A stretch of 64,000 bases of DNA. It comes from an uncultured cyanobacterium (GTDB lineage: Bacteria > Cyanobacteriota > Cyanobacteriia > Phormidesmidales > Phormidesmidaceae). Location: positions 64,001-128,000 of the forward strand of contig CAWBZI010000004.1 in the NCBI GenBank assembly GCA_963793265.1. The letters are read 5' to 3'. Positions 30,238 through 39,160 of the stretch are shown here, in pieces. The translations under genes and the position numbers were made by a program. The notes under the pieces were generated by a model. That model was not told the origin of the DNA and made no database searches. It saw nothing but the letters and a program-made list of their open reading frames with translations. The stretch's first letter is position 1. Every line of letters begins with the position of its first letter.

Positions 30238-30930
30238 TGTGCTTTTTTCTTGTCGTAGGTAGGCTTCTACGAAGGCTAAAAATGCCTGTTCTGACAGTCC
30301 ATATCCTTGTATGAGCGGAGGCAAATTGTCCCAGTTTGTCTGAGGCTTTTTAGAAAAGGAACGGAACCACTTTTGAATAGTAGTGCCTTGTCTGATAGCG
30401 CTACTTGAAGAATTTTCGGAATTGTCCCTATTTTTAATTTGCAGTGCTAGCCATTGGCCATCTGTATCGCGGCTGATGAAATCTATTGCTTTTACAAAGT
30501 CTCCGCAGCACCAATACCAGTGATTCGGTCGCAGCACTGAGTCTAAATATCTCTCTAGCAGAGCGCCAATACAGTTCTCTGCGCACATTGAATGCTGATG
30601 TTCTAGTTTTATTCTTTCACACTGTTCTACAGAGTAGTCACAAGCGGCTCTCATGACTATGCTGACTGCTTCGTCTGGGATTGTTCCTGGTGCTTTTGGA
30701 AAGTCTGAACGTTTATAGGCGCTGAAGTATTTGCTGGCTAGAAGGTTCAGCCCTTCTGGCGTATTAGTGCTAGGCCGGTTTTTTCTTGATCGCCAAGATA
30801 AGGCATTTGGGTTGTCGTATAAAAAATGGCAGACGTTAACAAAGGATTCAGCTAGACCTGCCTCGCTTTCAGTATCGGCAGTGAATGTAAGGGCAATCTG
30901 ATTTGCTAACTTTCGATTAAATGCTGCCAT
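30223..30930 (-). CDS. Type II restriction endonuclease, SinI family
   Basis: 'HQHSMCAENCIGALLERYL', 'KAIDF', 'LQIKNRDNSENSSSSAIR', 'WFR' motifs; convergent with a C5 MTase. Confidence 0.82.
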   Translation of the reverse strand: MAAFNRKLANQIALTFTADTESEAGLAESFVNVCHFLYDNPNALSWRSRKNRPSTNTPEGLNLLASKYFSAYKRSDFPKAPGTIPDEAVSIVMRAACDYSVEQCERIKLEHQHSMCAENCIGALLERYLDSVLRPNHWYWCCGDFVKAIDFISRDTDGQWLALQIKNRDNSENSSSSAIRQGTTIQKWFRSFSKKPQTNWDNLPPLIQGYGLSEQAFLAFVEAYLRQEKSTSNQQ

Positions 30931-30941
30931 TTTTGGAAGTC

Positions 30942-31297
30942 CTATGGCCGTGTGATTTCGACGGCGACGGTGCCGAGAAAGTCTGGAATAGGGGGGGTGG
31001 GTTTGGTAACTTTTACGTTGATTTTTGAATGCGATGGTCGCTGGCTAGGGCGTAGGTAGCGATCGCATCTGCTAAACTCTCAATCAGCTTATACTTTTCG
31101 GTTTCAATCAGCCTTGTTGTTTCTTGAACAATCTCAACGTAGCTATGCGTGTCTTCTAGCGCGTCGCTTTTGCCAGCGGCTGAGAGATCGATAGAAATTT
31201 TGAGATCGACGATGAACCACTGGCCGAGAACGTTTTCTTCTTTGAGGACGCCGAGGTAGCCGAAGGCTTTGATGCCGTTGATGTGGATGGTGTCCAT
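30942..31297 (-). CDS. folB: Dihydroneopterin aldolase (frameshift in an A-run at 31022-31026)
   Basis: 'GYLGV..EE..LGQWF.VD', 'SD.LEDT..Y'; adding one A restores the C-terminus 'KINVKVTKPTPPIPDFLGTVAVEITRP*' ending at 30942. Confidence 0.9.
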
Positions 31298-31300
31298 GTT

Positions 31301-32599
31301 TTAAAGATCTCGGTGGGTGAAGGGTTTGGCGTTTTCGCCGGTGTAGGTTGCGACGGTTTGGCCGCTGCCGATGAGCTGGTATTTGTAGGTGACAAGACCT
31401 TCTAACCCAACGGGGCCACGTGGGGGCATTTTTTGGGTGCTGATGCCGACTTCTGCGCCGAAGCCGTAGCGGAAGCCGTCGGCGAAGCGGGTGGAGCAGT
31501 TGTGGTAAACGCCTGCGGCATCGACTTGGCTGATAAAGGTGTCAGCGGCGGTTTGATCGGTGGTGGCGATCGCCTCGGTATGCCGCGAGCCATACTCACT
31601 AATATGCTCAATGGCAGCTTCTAAAGACTCTACAACTCGAACGGCTAGAATCAAATCGCTATACTCTGTAGCCCAGTCTTCTTCTGCGGCCGCTTTGACA
31701 GTTGGAACGATCTGCTGGGTTTTCTTGTCGCCTCGTAGCTCTACGCCTTCGGCTTGCAAGGCTTTGGCGATGATAGGTAGCGCTCTACCAGCAATATCCT
31801 GATGGACTAGCAGTGTTTCGATGGCGTTGCAAGCGGAAGGATAGCCGACTTTGGCATCGACGGCGATAGGCGTTGCCTGTTCGATATCGGCGGCTTTATC
31901 TATATATAGGTGGCAGATGCCGTCGGCGTGGCCGAGTACGGGGATGCGGGTGTTGGCCTGGACGTATTGAACGAAGGCGTTGGAGCCGCGTGGAATGATC
32001 AGGTCTACGTATTTATCGAGGGCCAAAAGAGCGTTGGTTTCTTCGCGGGTGGTGAGGAGTTGGACGGCGTTGGGGTTGTGGCCTGCGTGGGTGATGCCCT
32101 GACGGATGGCTTGGACGAGGGCAGTGCAGGAGCGGATGGCTTCGCGACCGCCTTTGAGGATGACGGCGTTGCCGGATTTGATGGCGAGGGTGGAGATTTG
32201 CATGACGGCATCGGGGCGCGATTCGAAGATAATGCCGAGGACGCCTAAGGGGACGCCGATGCGTTTGAGGATTAGGCCGGTGTCGAGTTCTTTGTGGAGG
32301 GTGATGTCGCCGGTTGGGTCGGGGAGGGTGGCGACGCTGCGGATGCCTTGGATGGCGGCTTTGAGTTTGGTGGGGTCTAGTTTGAGGCGGCCATAGAGGG
32401 GTTTGGCGATGTTGTCGGTGAGGGCGGCGGTGAGGTCTTGTTGGTTGGCGGTGGCGATCGCCTCAGCAGAATTTTCTAGTGATTGAGCAATCGACTCGAT
32501 GATTTGGTTTTTGGCGTGGGTGGAGAGCTGGGCGAGTTCTCGGGAGGCTTGTTTGGCTTGTTTGGCGATGTCTGTAAGAGAAAGGGTTTGGGTGCTCAT
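31301..32599 (-). CDS. proA: Gamma-glutamyl phosphate reductase
   Basis: '[13 protein letters not shown]', 'KGGREA', 'PRGS', 'CNAIE', 'NCSTRFADG', 'RGPVGL'; ATG at 32599 preferred. Confidence 0.96.
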   Translation of the reverse strand: MSTQTLSLTDIAKQAKQASRELAQLSTHAKNQIIESIAQSLENSAEAIATANQQDLTAALTDNIAKPLYGRLKLDPTKLKAAIQGIRSVATLPDPTGDITLHKELDTGLILKRIGVPLGVLGIIFESRPDAVMQISTLAIKSGNAVILKGGREAIRSCTALVQAIRQGITHAGHNPNAVQLLTTREETNALLALDKYVDLIIPRGSNAFVQYVQANTRIPVLGHADGICHLYIDKAADIEQATPIAVDAKVGYPSACNAIETLLVHQDIAGRALPIIAKALQAEGVELRGDKKTQQIVPTVKAAAEEDWATEYSDLILAVRVVESLEAAIEHISEYGSRHTEAIATTDQTAADTFISQVDAAGVYHNCSTRFADGFRYGFGAEVGISTQKMPPRGPVGLEGLVTYKYQLIGSGQTVATYTGENAKPFTHRDL

Positions 32600-32659
32600 G
32601 GGTATGGCAGTGTTGGGTTTGATTAGTTTATCAAGAGGCAAGGCGCAAGGCGTCAAGAT

Positions 32660-32741
32660 TAGGGGATTTCCTCCCCTAGACCCCTCCCCTGCTTATTTCT
32701 TTACATACTGCCTGGGGGCCGAACCCTCCCCCAGACCCCCC
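32660..32741. repeat. Two related short palindromic dispersed repeats (GGGG-loop-CCCC-AGACCCC)
   Basis: TAGGGGATTTCCTCCCCTAGACCCC at 32660 and CTGGGGGCCGAACCCTCCCCCAGACCCC at 32712. Confidence 0.65.
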
Positions 32742-34063
32742 GAAAGGGTTTCTGCGATGCGATTGCCTGCGCCGGGGTTGCCCATTCTTTGTTTGCCGTT
32801 TTGGTAGATGAGTTGGAGGCGGTCGGGGTTGCTGATGATTTTGGCGATCGCGGGGCCAATTTCGTCGGGGCTCTCGACTTTGTATATGGAGGGGCCGAGC
32901 ATCTTAGCCTGGACGGTGGCAAAAGTTTGGGTGAACTGAGGGCCTTTGCCGGGGAGGGTAATGGCGGGTTTACCGAGGCCGACGAATTGCTCAGTGGCGG
33001 TGCCCGCAGTGGCGATCGCAATCTTGGCCTCGTGCATACAGTCGTTATAAGCGTCATCAACAAGCACCAACGCCACATTCTGCCGGAAAAAACACGGGTA
33101 GGTTGGGTCAAGCTCCGCCGCGACCCAACTCTTCGAGATCTCATCGCCAAAGCCCTCTCCAGAAAGCGTAGGAGACAACGCTGCGAGCAAAATCAAAGGC
33201 CGGTTAGGAAAGGCCTTGATCAAGCCCGGAACGGCAGCTAAAAGATTACGCCAGTTCTCATAAGCTTCAGGCGATCGCGACCCTGGAATCAAGGCAACAG
33301 TAAGCGGCGTAACAAGCTGTTTCTTCTGAGTGACGTACTTAGCAGTAGCCTTTGTACGCGGCGAGTCTTCTTGGCTGCTAGGCGTGTAATTAGGCGCTAG
33401 CAGCCTGCGGTGTAGTGCTTTAAGTAGCCCAGATAGCTGGCCAGTAGGCGCAAGGCTGTCCATCATAGGGTTGCCCGCGTATTGGGCCGAGATCCCGAGC
33501 TTTTGAAGATGCTGAGCGGTGAGAGCATCGCGAACAAAGATAGTTTGAGCGCGATCGCGCGACATCAACCACCGTTCCCAAGGCAAATAGACCGAACCTG
33601 ACCAGCCCTCTAGTCTTTGTAGAAGCGTTTTCGCGGGCAGCTTGCCGCGCTCATCGCGCAGCCAGTACTCTGATTTAGCAGTACCGACGAAGCTGTAGGG
33701 CAAGCCGCTAAGGTAGGCAAATAACAGCGGCACAATATCTCCAACTGCAAGTACAGTATCGCGATCGCCCGTTGAGGCCGCAGCCCAGGCTTTGAGAGCT
33801 GAAAGTTGAGAGCGGGTGAGCGAAACTAGACCCTTTTGCAAATCGCGAGCAAGCTGCTTCGGATCGCGGTTCAGAAATCCGCCAGAAGGCAGTGTTTGCG
33901 TAGGGCCGATAATCGGTAGATTTGCTGAGCGATAGGCGCTGCCGTCTCCTGATATGGGTAAAGCGGCGATTTCGAGATTAGGATTGATTTGGCGCAACGG
34001 CACAAGAATGCGAAGGGCGATAACGTCTTCTCCGTGACCGTTGCTGATACAAAGCAATCTCAT
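32693..34063 (-). CDS. Lipid-A-disaccharide synthase-related cyanobacterial glycosyltransferase-like protein
   Basis: 'SNGHGED', 'PSGGF', 'VGTAKSEY', 'GNPMMD', 'PGSR.PEA', 'AGTATEQ.VGLGKP'. Confidence 0.85.
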   Translation of the reverse strand: MRLLCISNGHGEDVIALRILVPLRQINPNLEIAALPISGDGSAYRSANLPIIGPTQTLPSGGFLNRDPKQLARDLQKGLVSLTRSQLSALKAWAAASTGDRDTVLAVGDIVPLLFAYLSGLPYSFVGTAKSEYWLRDERGKLPAKTLLQRLEGWSGSVYLPWERWLMSRDRAQTIFVRDALTAQHLQKLGISAQYAGNPMMDSLAPTGQLSGLLKALHRRLLAPNYTPSSQEDSPRTKATAKYVTQKKQLVTPLTVALIPGSRSPEAYENWRNLLAAVPGLIKAFPNRPLILLAALSPTLSGEGFGDEISKSWVAAELDPTYPCFFRQNVALVLVDDAYNDCMHEAKIAIATAGTATEQFVGLGKPAITLPGKGPQFTQTFATVQAKMLGPSIYKVESPDEIGPAIAKIISNPDRLQLIYQNGKQRMGNPGAGNRIAETLSGGLGEGSAPRQYVKK

Positions 34064-34131
34064 AAAGTAAATGCGATCTATGATTACGCTTTAAGAATAG
34101 AGGGCACTCGGCCTTTAAAGCCCAAAAAAAT

Positions 34132-35271
34132 GTGATTAAAAGCACCTCGATTTTTACTATCCCTATGAACTCTGCGCAATTGGAAAAAGAGCAGCGCTTA
34201 CCAGACTTGCCTACGCTTCGAGAGCTGCATACTTACCTGACAGAGCAGGTCGCCCTAGCTGCCCAGCACATAGACCTCGAGCCTAAGGCGCTGTTTGAAG
34301 CGTTTGAAACAATAGGTTCGCTGGGTCTGCTGACGCCTAAAGTCCCAGCGGTACATGGCGGACTAGGCTTTGATACCCAAGCGTACTGGCAGTTTCAAAG
34401 TTTAATAGCTCGTTACTCAGGCGCGCTGGCTTTTTTACAAACGCAGCATCAGAGCGCAGCGAGCTTTCTGTTTGCCAGTAAGAACGAGGCGCTGCAACGC
34501 GGCTATCTGCCTGCAATGGCGCTAGGTAAAAGGCGAGTAGGGGTCGGTTTTTCTCAGCTACGTCGCAATCCTTGCCCGTTGCAGGCTTGGGCGGTGGAAG
34601 ATGGCTATCGGCTTTCTGGAGAGGTGCCCTGGGTAAGTGGGGCAGGGCTATTTGATGAATTTATAGGCGCGGCGGTGTTGCCTTCAGGGGAGGCGGTGTT
34701 TGGACTGCTGCCGCTAAAGGATGCCGTAGAGGGGGCGGGGCAAATAGCGGTCGATGAGCCGATGGCCCTAGTAGCAATGCCGAGTACGCAGACCGTTCGA
34801 GTGCAGCTAGAGGACTGGTTTTTGGGGCCGAGCAAGGTGGTGGGCGTGCGGCCTGTAGGATGGCTTGAAGGGCGCGATCGCGCGAATCCTTTAAGTCCTT
34901 TAGGTATGATGCTGGGCTGCGCGCAGGCAGGGATAGACTCAGCGCGGCGATCGCTTTTGCGGCGGCAGATAGATGCTGATGTGATTGATCGGCTTTCGGT
35001 GCAGCTTGACAGCCTGTGGCGAGAACTGCCGGAGCTGTGGGCGTTGCCGACTTCGGCTTATACGCAAAAAATGGCTTTGAGAGGACGGGCGATCGCGCTA
35101 ATGAATACCTGCGCTCAAGCGGCTGTGATTGCAGCTAGCGGCGCAGCAAATACTCAAGCCCACCCGGCTCAGCGAATATATCGAGAGTCTTTGCTGTTTA
35201 GCGTGAGCGGGCAAACGTCTGGTGGGGCGATCTCATCTTTATCTGCATTGTTACTTGCAAATGAGCTGTGA
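34132..35271 (+). CDS. Acyl-CoA dehydrogenase family flavoprotein
   Basis: 'P..GGLG', 'GALAFLQTQHQSA', 'L.G.VPWVSG', 'HPAQR.YRE'. Confidence 0.85.
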   Translation: MIKSTSIFTIPMNSAQLEKEQRLPDLPTLRELHTYLTEQVALAAQHIDLEPKALFEAFETIGSLGLLTPKVPAVHGGLGFDTQAYWQFQSLIARYSGALAFLQTQHQSAASFLFASKNEALQRGYLPAMALGKRRVGVGFSQLRRNPCPLQAWAVEDGYRLSGEVPWVSGAGLFDEFIGAAVLPSGEAVFGLLPLKDAVEGAGQIAVDEPMALVAMPSTQTVRVQLEDWFLGPSKVVGVRPVGWLEGRDRANPLSPLGMMLGCAQAGIDSARRSLLRRQIDADVIDRLSVQLDSLWRELPELWALPTSAYTQKMALRGRAIALMNTCAQAAVIAASGAANTQAHPAQRIYRESLLFSVSGQTSGGAISSLSALLLANEL

Positions 35272-35498
35272 ACGCAAAAGGACGCAAACACGCCCAAAAC
35301 GGTGACGTTCTAACGCTCATCTGGGCTGTTTATCAGATTTAGGCTCGCATCTACATCTACAGATAGATTTAAGATTTGATTGGATGAAGTGTTGTGACAG
35401 ATAAAGCTGATTGCTGTAACGAACGGTGTTTTAAATAGCAGCTATTGGCTATTCGGGTCTAATCTGCGGTAAACCTAAAGACAATATAAAGGTTTTAT

Positions 35499-35708
35499 AT
35501 GGACAGCAATCTTCTTCGCCAGCTTTGGTCTGTTGTGACGTCTTTTGAAAATAATAGACTCTCTAAGTTAGACGACAATAATTTGCTGCGATCGCTCGTA
35601 GACTCCCTTCAGTCCGATCCAGCTTTTGACCCGAGCAACGTGCCGCTTATTAGTAACTACATCAGCGCCCGACTTCCGCTTATTCGAGAGCTTTCTCAAC
35701 AGGCTTAG
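35499..35708 (+). CDS. Small conserved cyanobacterial hypothetical protein
   Basis: 69 aa with 'LRQLWSVV...L.LDD..L...YI.ARLPLIREL' pattern. Confidence 0.7.
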   Translation: MDSNLLRQLWSVVTSFENNRLSKLDDNNLLRSLVDSLQSDPAFDPSNVPLISNYISARLPLIRELSQQA

Positions 35709-36059
35709 CTTCCTGCTTTCCCAACCCCCCTCTGCGCAAAGCAATAATTATCCCTACGCTTTGGCCTCTAAAAAGCGCCAGTAAGGGCGACATAAATGAC
35801 AATTTTGTAATTTTCTGCAATCTCGCCCAGGTGACTTGTGGAATGTACCGAACATCTCGGTAAAAAAATGATAGAGTTGAGCCCAACTGATTCTCAACAA
35901 AAAAAATGATCGCGTTTAAGTCCCATATACCAAGGCTTACGGCAAGTTTGTTCATTGTGAACTAATCAATGGACTAATCCGCTTTTAAGTTTTGATGACT
36001 GCGATCTGAGTTGAGCAAATTGTGTTCTCTTTTGTCTTTATAACTGCGTGAGATTTGAT

Positions 36060-37118
36060 ATGAAAAAGTGGGGTTTGATGCTCGCTGCGAGCATGAGCGT
36101 ATTGCCTTTGGTGGGCTGTGGCGCGCCGGGCGCTAGTGATAATGCAGAAATTACTCAGGGCGGTGCAGCCGGTAGTCGTCTGCAAACTGTGATAGATCGC
36201 GGCCAGCTAGTTTGTGGCGTCGATGGGGGTATCCCTGGCTTTAGCTACGTAGAAGACGGCGAATATGCTGGCATTGACGTAGATATTTGCAAAGCGGTTG
36301 CGGCTGCTTTGTTTGACGATCCTACGGCTGTAGAGTATCGCGATTTGGATTCTACCGAGCGTTTTGAAGCGCTCAAAGGTGGCGAGGTAGATATGCTCGC
36401 TCGCAACACCACCTGGACACTAAGTCGCGACACCTCAGTAGGTATGGAGTTTGCGCCCACTACCTTTTATGACGGCCAGGGGATGCTCGTGCGCGCAGAC
36501 TCGGGCATCGCTGAGCTGACCGACTTTGAAGGCAGATCTATCTGCGTAGAGACAGGAACGACCACCGAGCTAAACCTAACTGACCAGATGCGTCAGCTCG
36601 GCGTCAGCTTTGAGCCTCAAACATTCCAGGATGCGGATGCGGCTTACGCAGCTTACGAAGCCGGTAGCTGCGAAGGCATGACCTCCGATAAATCTCAGCT
36701 AGTGGCCCGTCGTAGTACGCTTTCTAACCCTGAAGAGCACGAGCTGCTAGAAGTCACGATGTCCAAAGAGCCGCTAGGGCCTTTGACAACCAACAATGAC
36801 TCAGCCTGGTTCGATACGGTGAAGTGGGTGACCTACGGACTGATCGAAGCTGAAGAGCTTGGCCTGACTTCTGAAAACATCGAAGAGGCTTCTTCTAGCG
36901 AAGATCCTAACGTTCTGCGCTTCATTGGCGCTGAGGGCACGCTTGGCACTGACATGGGTCTGCCTAACGACTTTGCTGCTCGGGCTGTTAGAGCTGTCGG
37001 CAATTATGGCGAGATCTACGAACGCAACCTTGGTTCAGAGTCTCAGTTCGAGCTAGACCGCGGTCAGAATGCGCTGTGGTCTGATGGTGGCTTGATGTAC
37101 TCTCCGCCATTCCGTTAG
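36060..37118 (+). CDS. natF: Amino-acid ABC transporter substrate-binding lipoprotein (AapJ/NatF type)
   Basis: Lipobox 'LVGC', 'G.DVD.C.AVAAA', 'RNTTWT.SRD', 'SKEPLGP', 'VGNYGEIYERN', 'PPFR'. Confidence 0.88.
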   Translation: MKKWGLMLAASMSVLPLVGCGAPGASDNAEITQGGAAGSRLQTVIDRGQLVCGVDGGIPGFSYVEDGEYAGIDVDICKAVAAALFDDPTAVEYRDLDSTERFEALKGGEVDMLARNTTWTLSRDTSVGMEFAPTTFYDGQGMLVRADSGIAELTDFEGRSICVETGTTTELNLTDQMRQLGVSFEPQTFQDADAAYAAYEAGSCEGMTSDKSQLVARRSTLSNPEEHELLEVTMSKEPLGPLTTNNDSAWFDTVKWVTYGLIEAEELGLTSENIEEASSSEDPNVLRFIGAEGTLGTDMGLPNDFAARAVRAVGNYGEIYERNLGSESQFELDRGQNALWSDGGLMYSPPFR

Positions 37119-37258
37119 GCGCTGACTTACTACATGCGGATGAAGAGGTTTGGTCAGCAGACTATCTGTGATAATCAACAACTTCTGTTGATTAGCTCTG
37201 CCTGCTCTACAAGACTTTGTATGTTGTAGGCGCAAGTTTAGCTCAAGCCTCCCCTAAG

Positions 37259-37298
37259 AGCGTCGTCGATCTGAGTACTTAGATCGACGACGCTTTTT
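37259..37298 (+). terminator. Intrinsic terminator / stabilizing hairpin after the substrate-binding gene
   Basis: 14-bp perfect stem AGCGTCGTCGATCT/AGATCGACGACGCT followed by TTTT. Confidence 0.85.
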
Positions 37299-37596
37299 GT
37301 TACACCGACGATTTCTGTGTCTTTTGTGACGATTTCTCTCTTTTTTGAACTGCTTTCTATTACGTTAGATAACAACCTGAGCTTTCTTAGCCACATCTTC
37401 TTAAATAGCTGTAGCTAGGGGCCTATCATAGGTAGCTATATTGACGATGCTGCTATTTTGGCGCTTGCAAAAGCAGACTTGCAGACATAATTTAAGTTTA
37501 CAGACTGTAAAAATGCAGACCGAAAGTTCTCAGCATTCATGACATATTGATGAGATATTTCGTGCTAAATGTTTCAGTACCTAATGTCTCAGTACC

Positions 37597-37644
37597 TTCA
37601 GTGCTCAGATATTTCAGTGCTCAGATATTTCAGTGCTCAGATAT
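37597..37644. repeat. 16-bp tandem repeat TTCAGTGCTCAGATAT x3, with degenerate units upstream
   Basis: Three exact copies read directly. Confidence 0.9.
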
Positions 37645-37723
37645 TTAGTATTCGACTTTTGAGCTAGCTGATCTTTTGAGTCAATGTTTCGATCTAGCCT
37701 GATCTAGTCCCATTCGCGAACCT

Positions 37724-39157
37724 ATGGCAAATACTCCTCATAAGCCTGCCTCTGGCATCAAAGCTTTACTGCGAGACGAACGTTTCTGGCAGATCGCCTT
37801 ACAGGTTATTTTGGTGGTGGTGGTTTTTATCACCTTCTCCTATCTGTTTGGCAATCTCAGCAACAATATGGCCCGCAGCGGCACGAGCTTCGGCTTCGAT
37901 TTTTTTAAGAATCCAGCTAGCTTTGCTATTGGCGAAAACGCTATCGGATATACCTCGCAAGACAGCTACACCAAAGTTATTCAGGCGGGTATTATCAACT
38001 CTTTGCGGCTGATTGCGGCCAGCGTCATTACGGCGACGATTGTGGGTATTGCCGCCGGGGTCGCGAGCTTTTCCGACAACTGGCTGCTGCATAAGATTAG
38101 CCGGGTCTATGTCGGTCTAATCAGAAACATCCCGCTGTTGCTTCAGCTATTCTTCTGGTACTTTGCCGTCTATCTAGCGGCTCCTAGAAGAGAGAATCAG
38201 TTTGTTTTCCCCAGCGGTGGGGAGACGGCCTGGCTGGTAGTTAATAACAACAATGTGAACACCCTGGGCCCTGGTTTGCCGGGCGAAGTATGGGTGGGCC
38301 TAACGCTGTTAGCGCTGTCTTTGCTACTGTTTGGGCTGCTGTGGCGAGCGGCAAGCGCTTTTAAAGAAGGGCGTTTTGCGGCGGGCCTATCAGGCTGGGT
38401 AGCGCGAATAGGCTACATTGCCCTGATTGCCCTTGTGCTGATTGTCAACTATTTTCTTCTCTTTAGTCGTTCAGAAGAAGACAGGCTGTACTTTAAAGGA
38501 GCCCTGATCGCCCTATTTACGAATCCGTCTGGGCTGTGGATAGTGGCTCTGGCAGGTTTGGCGGCGGTTTTGCTGGTGCTGTGGAGAATGCGTACTAAGG
38601 CGATGCTTGAAGAAGGGCAGGAAGGTAAGGTCTTCTTGTTTGGGATGATTGCGATCGCTATTCTCGCTGCTTTGATCACGATATTTGCCTTCGACTGGAC
38701 GCTGCCGACCGTGATAGAGGGTGGCGGCGCGCGTGGCGGCTTAGAGATGTCGATGCGGTACGCAGCGGCGCTGACGGGCCTAACCTTTTACACAGGCGCG
38801 TTTATTGCTGAGATTGTCAGAGCAGGTATTCAGTCTGTCTCGCGCGGGCAGTGGGAGGCGGCGCGCTCGGTGGGCCTTAGCAACGGTAAGGCAATGCGAC
38901 TGGTGGTCTTTCCGCAGTCATTGCGCGTCATTATTCCGCCTTTGAACAGTGAGTTTGCTAACCTTGCCAAAAACTCTAGTTTGGCGTTTGCAGTCGGCTA
39001 CGCGGATCTGTACTCAGTGGCTAACACAACCTTTAACCAAACAGGGCGACCGATTGAGGTGTTTCTGGTGATTATGGCGACTTACTTAGCCCTCAACCTG
39101 CTCATCTCTCTCAATATGAACCAGCTCAACAATGCCGTTCAATTCAAGGAGCGCTAA
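37724..39157 (+). CDS. natG: Amino-acid ABC transporter permease (AapQ/NatG type)
   Basis: 'RNIPLLLQLFFWY', 'AFIAEIVRAGIQSV..GQWEAA', 'KNSSLA'. Confidence 0.88.
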   Translation: MANTPHKPASGIKALLRDERFWQIALQVILVVVVFITFSYLFGNLSNNMARSGTSFGFDFFKNPASFAIGENAIGYTSQDSYTKVIQAGIINSLRLIAASVITATIVGIAAGVASFSDNWLLHKISRVYVGLIRNIPLLLQLFFWYFAVYLAAPRRENQFVFPSGGETAWLVVNNNNVNTLGPGLPGEVWVGLTLLALSLLLFGLLWRAASAFKEGRFAAGLSGWVARIGYIALIALVLIVNYFLLFSRSEEDRLYFKGALIALFTNPSGLWIVALAGLAAVLLVLWRMRTKAMLEEGQEGKVFLFGMIAIAILAALITIFAFDWTLPTVIEGGGARGGLEMSMRYAAALTGLTFYTGAFIAEIVRAGIQSVSRGQWEAARSVGLSNGKAMRLVVFPQSLRVIIPPLNSEFANLAKNSSLAFAVGYADLYSVANTTFNQTGRPIEVFLVIMATYLALNLLISLNMNQLNNAVQFKER

Positions 39158-39160
39158 GTC

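Noticed and set aside
37597..37644. Repeat array as a possible CRISPR
   Set aside because: Direct tandem 16-mers without spacers; no cas genes in the window
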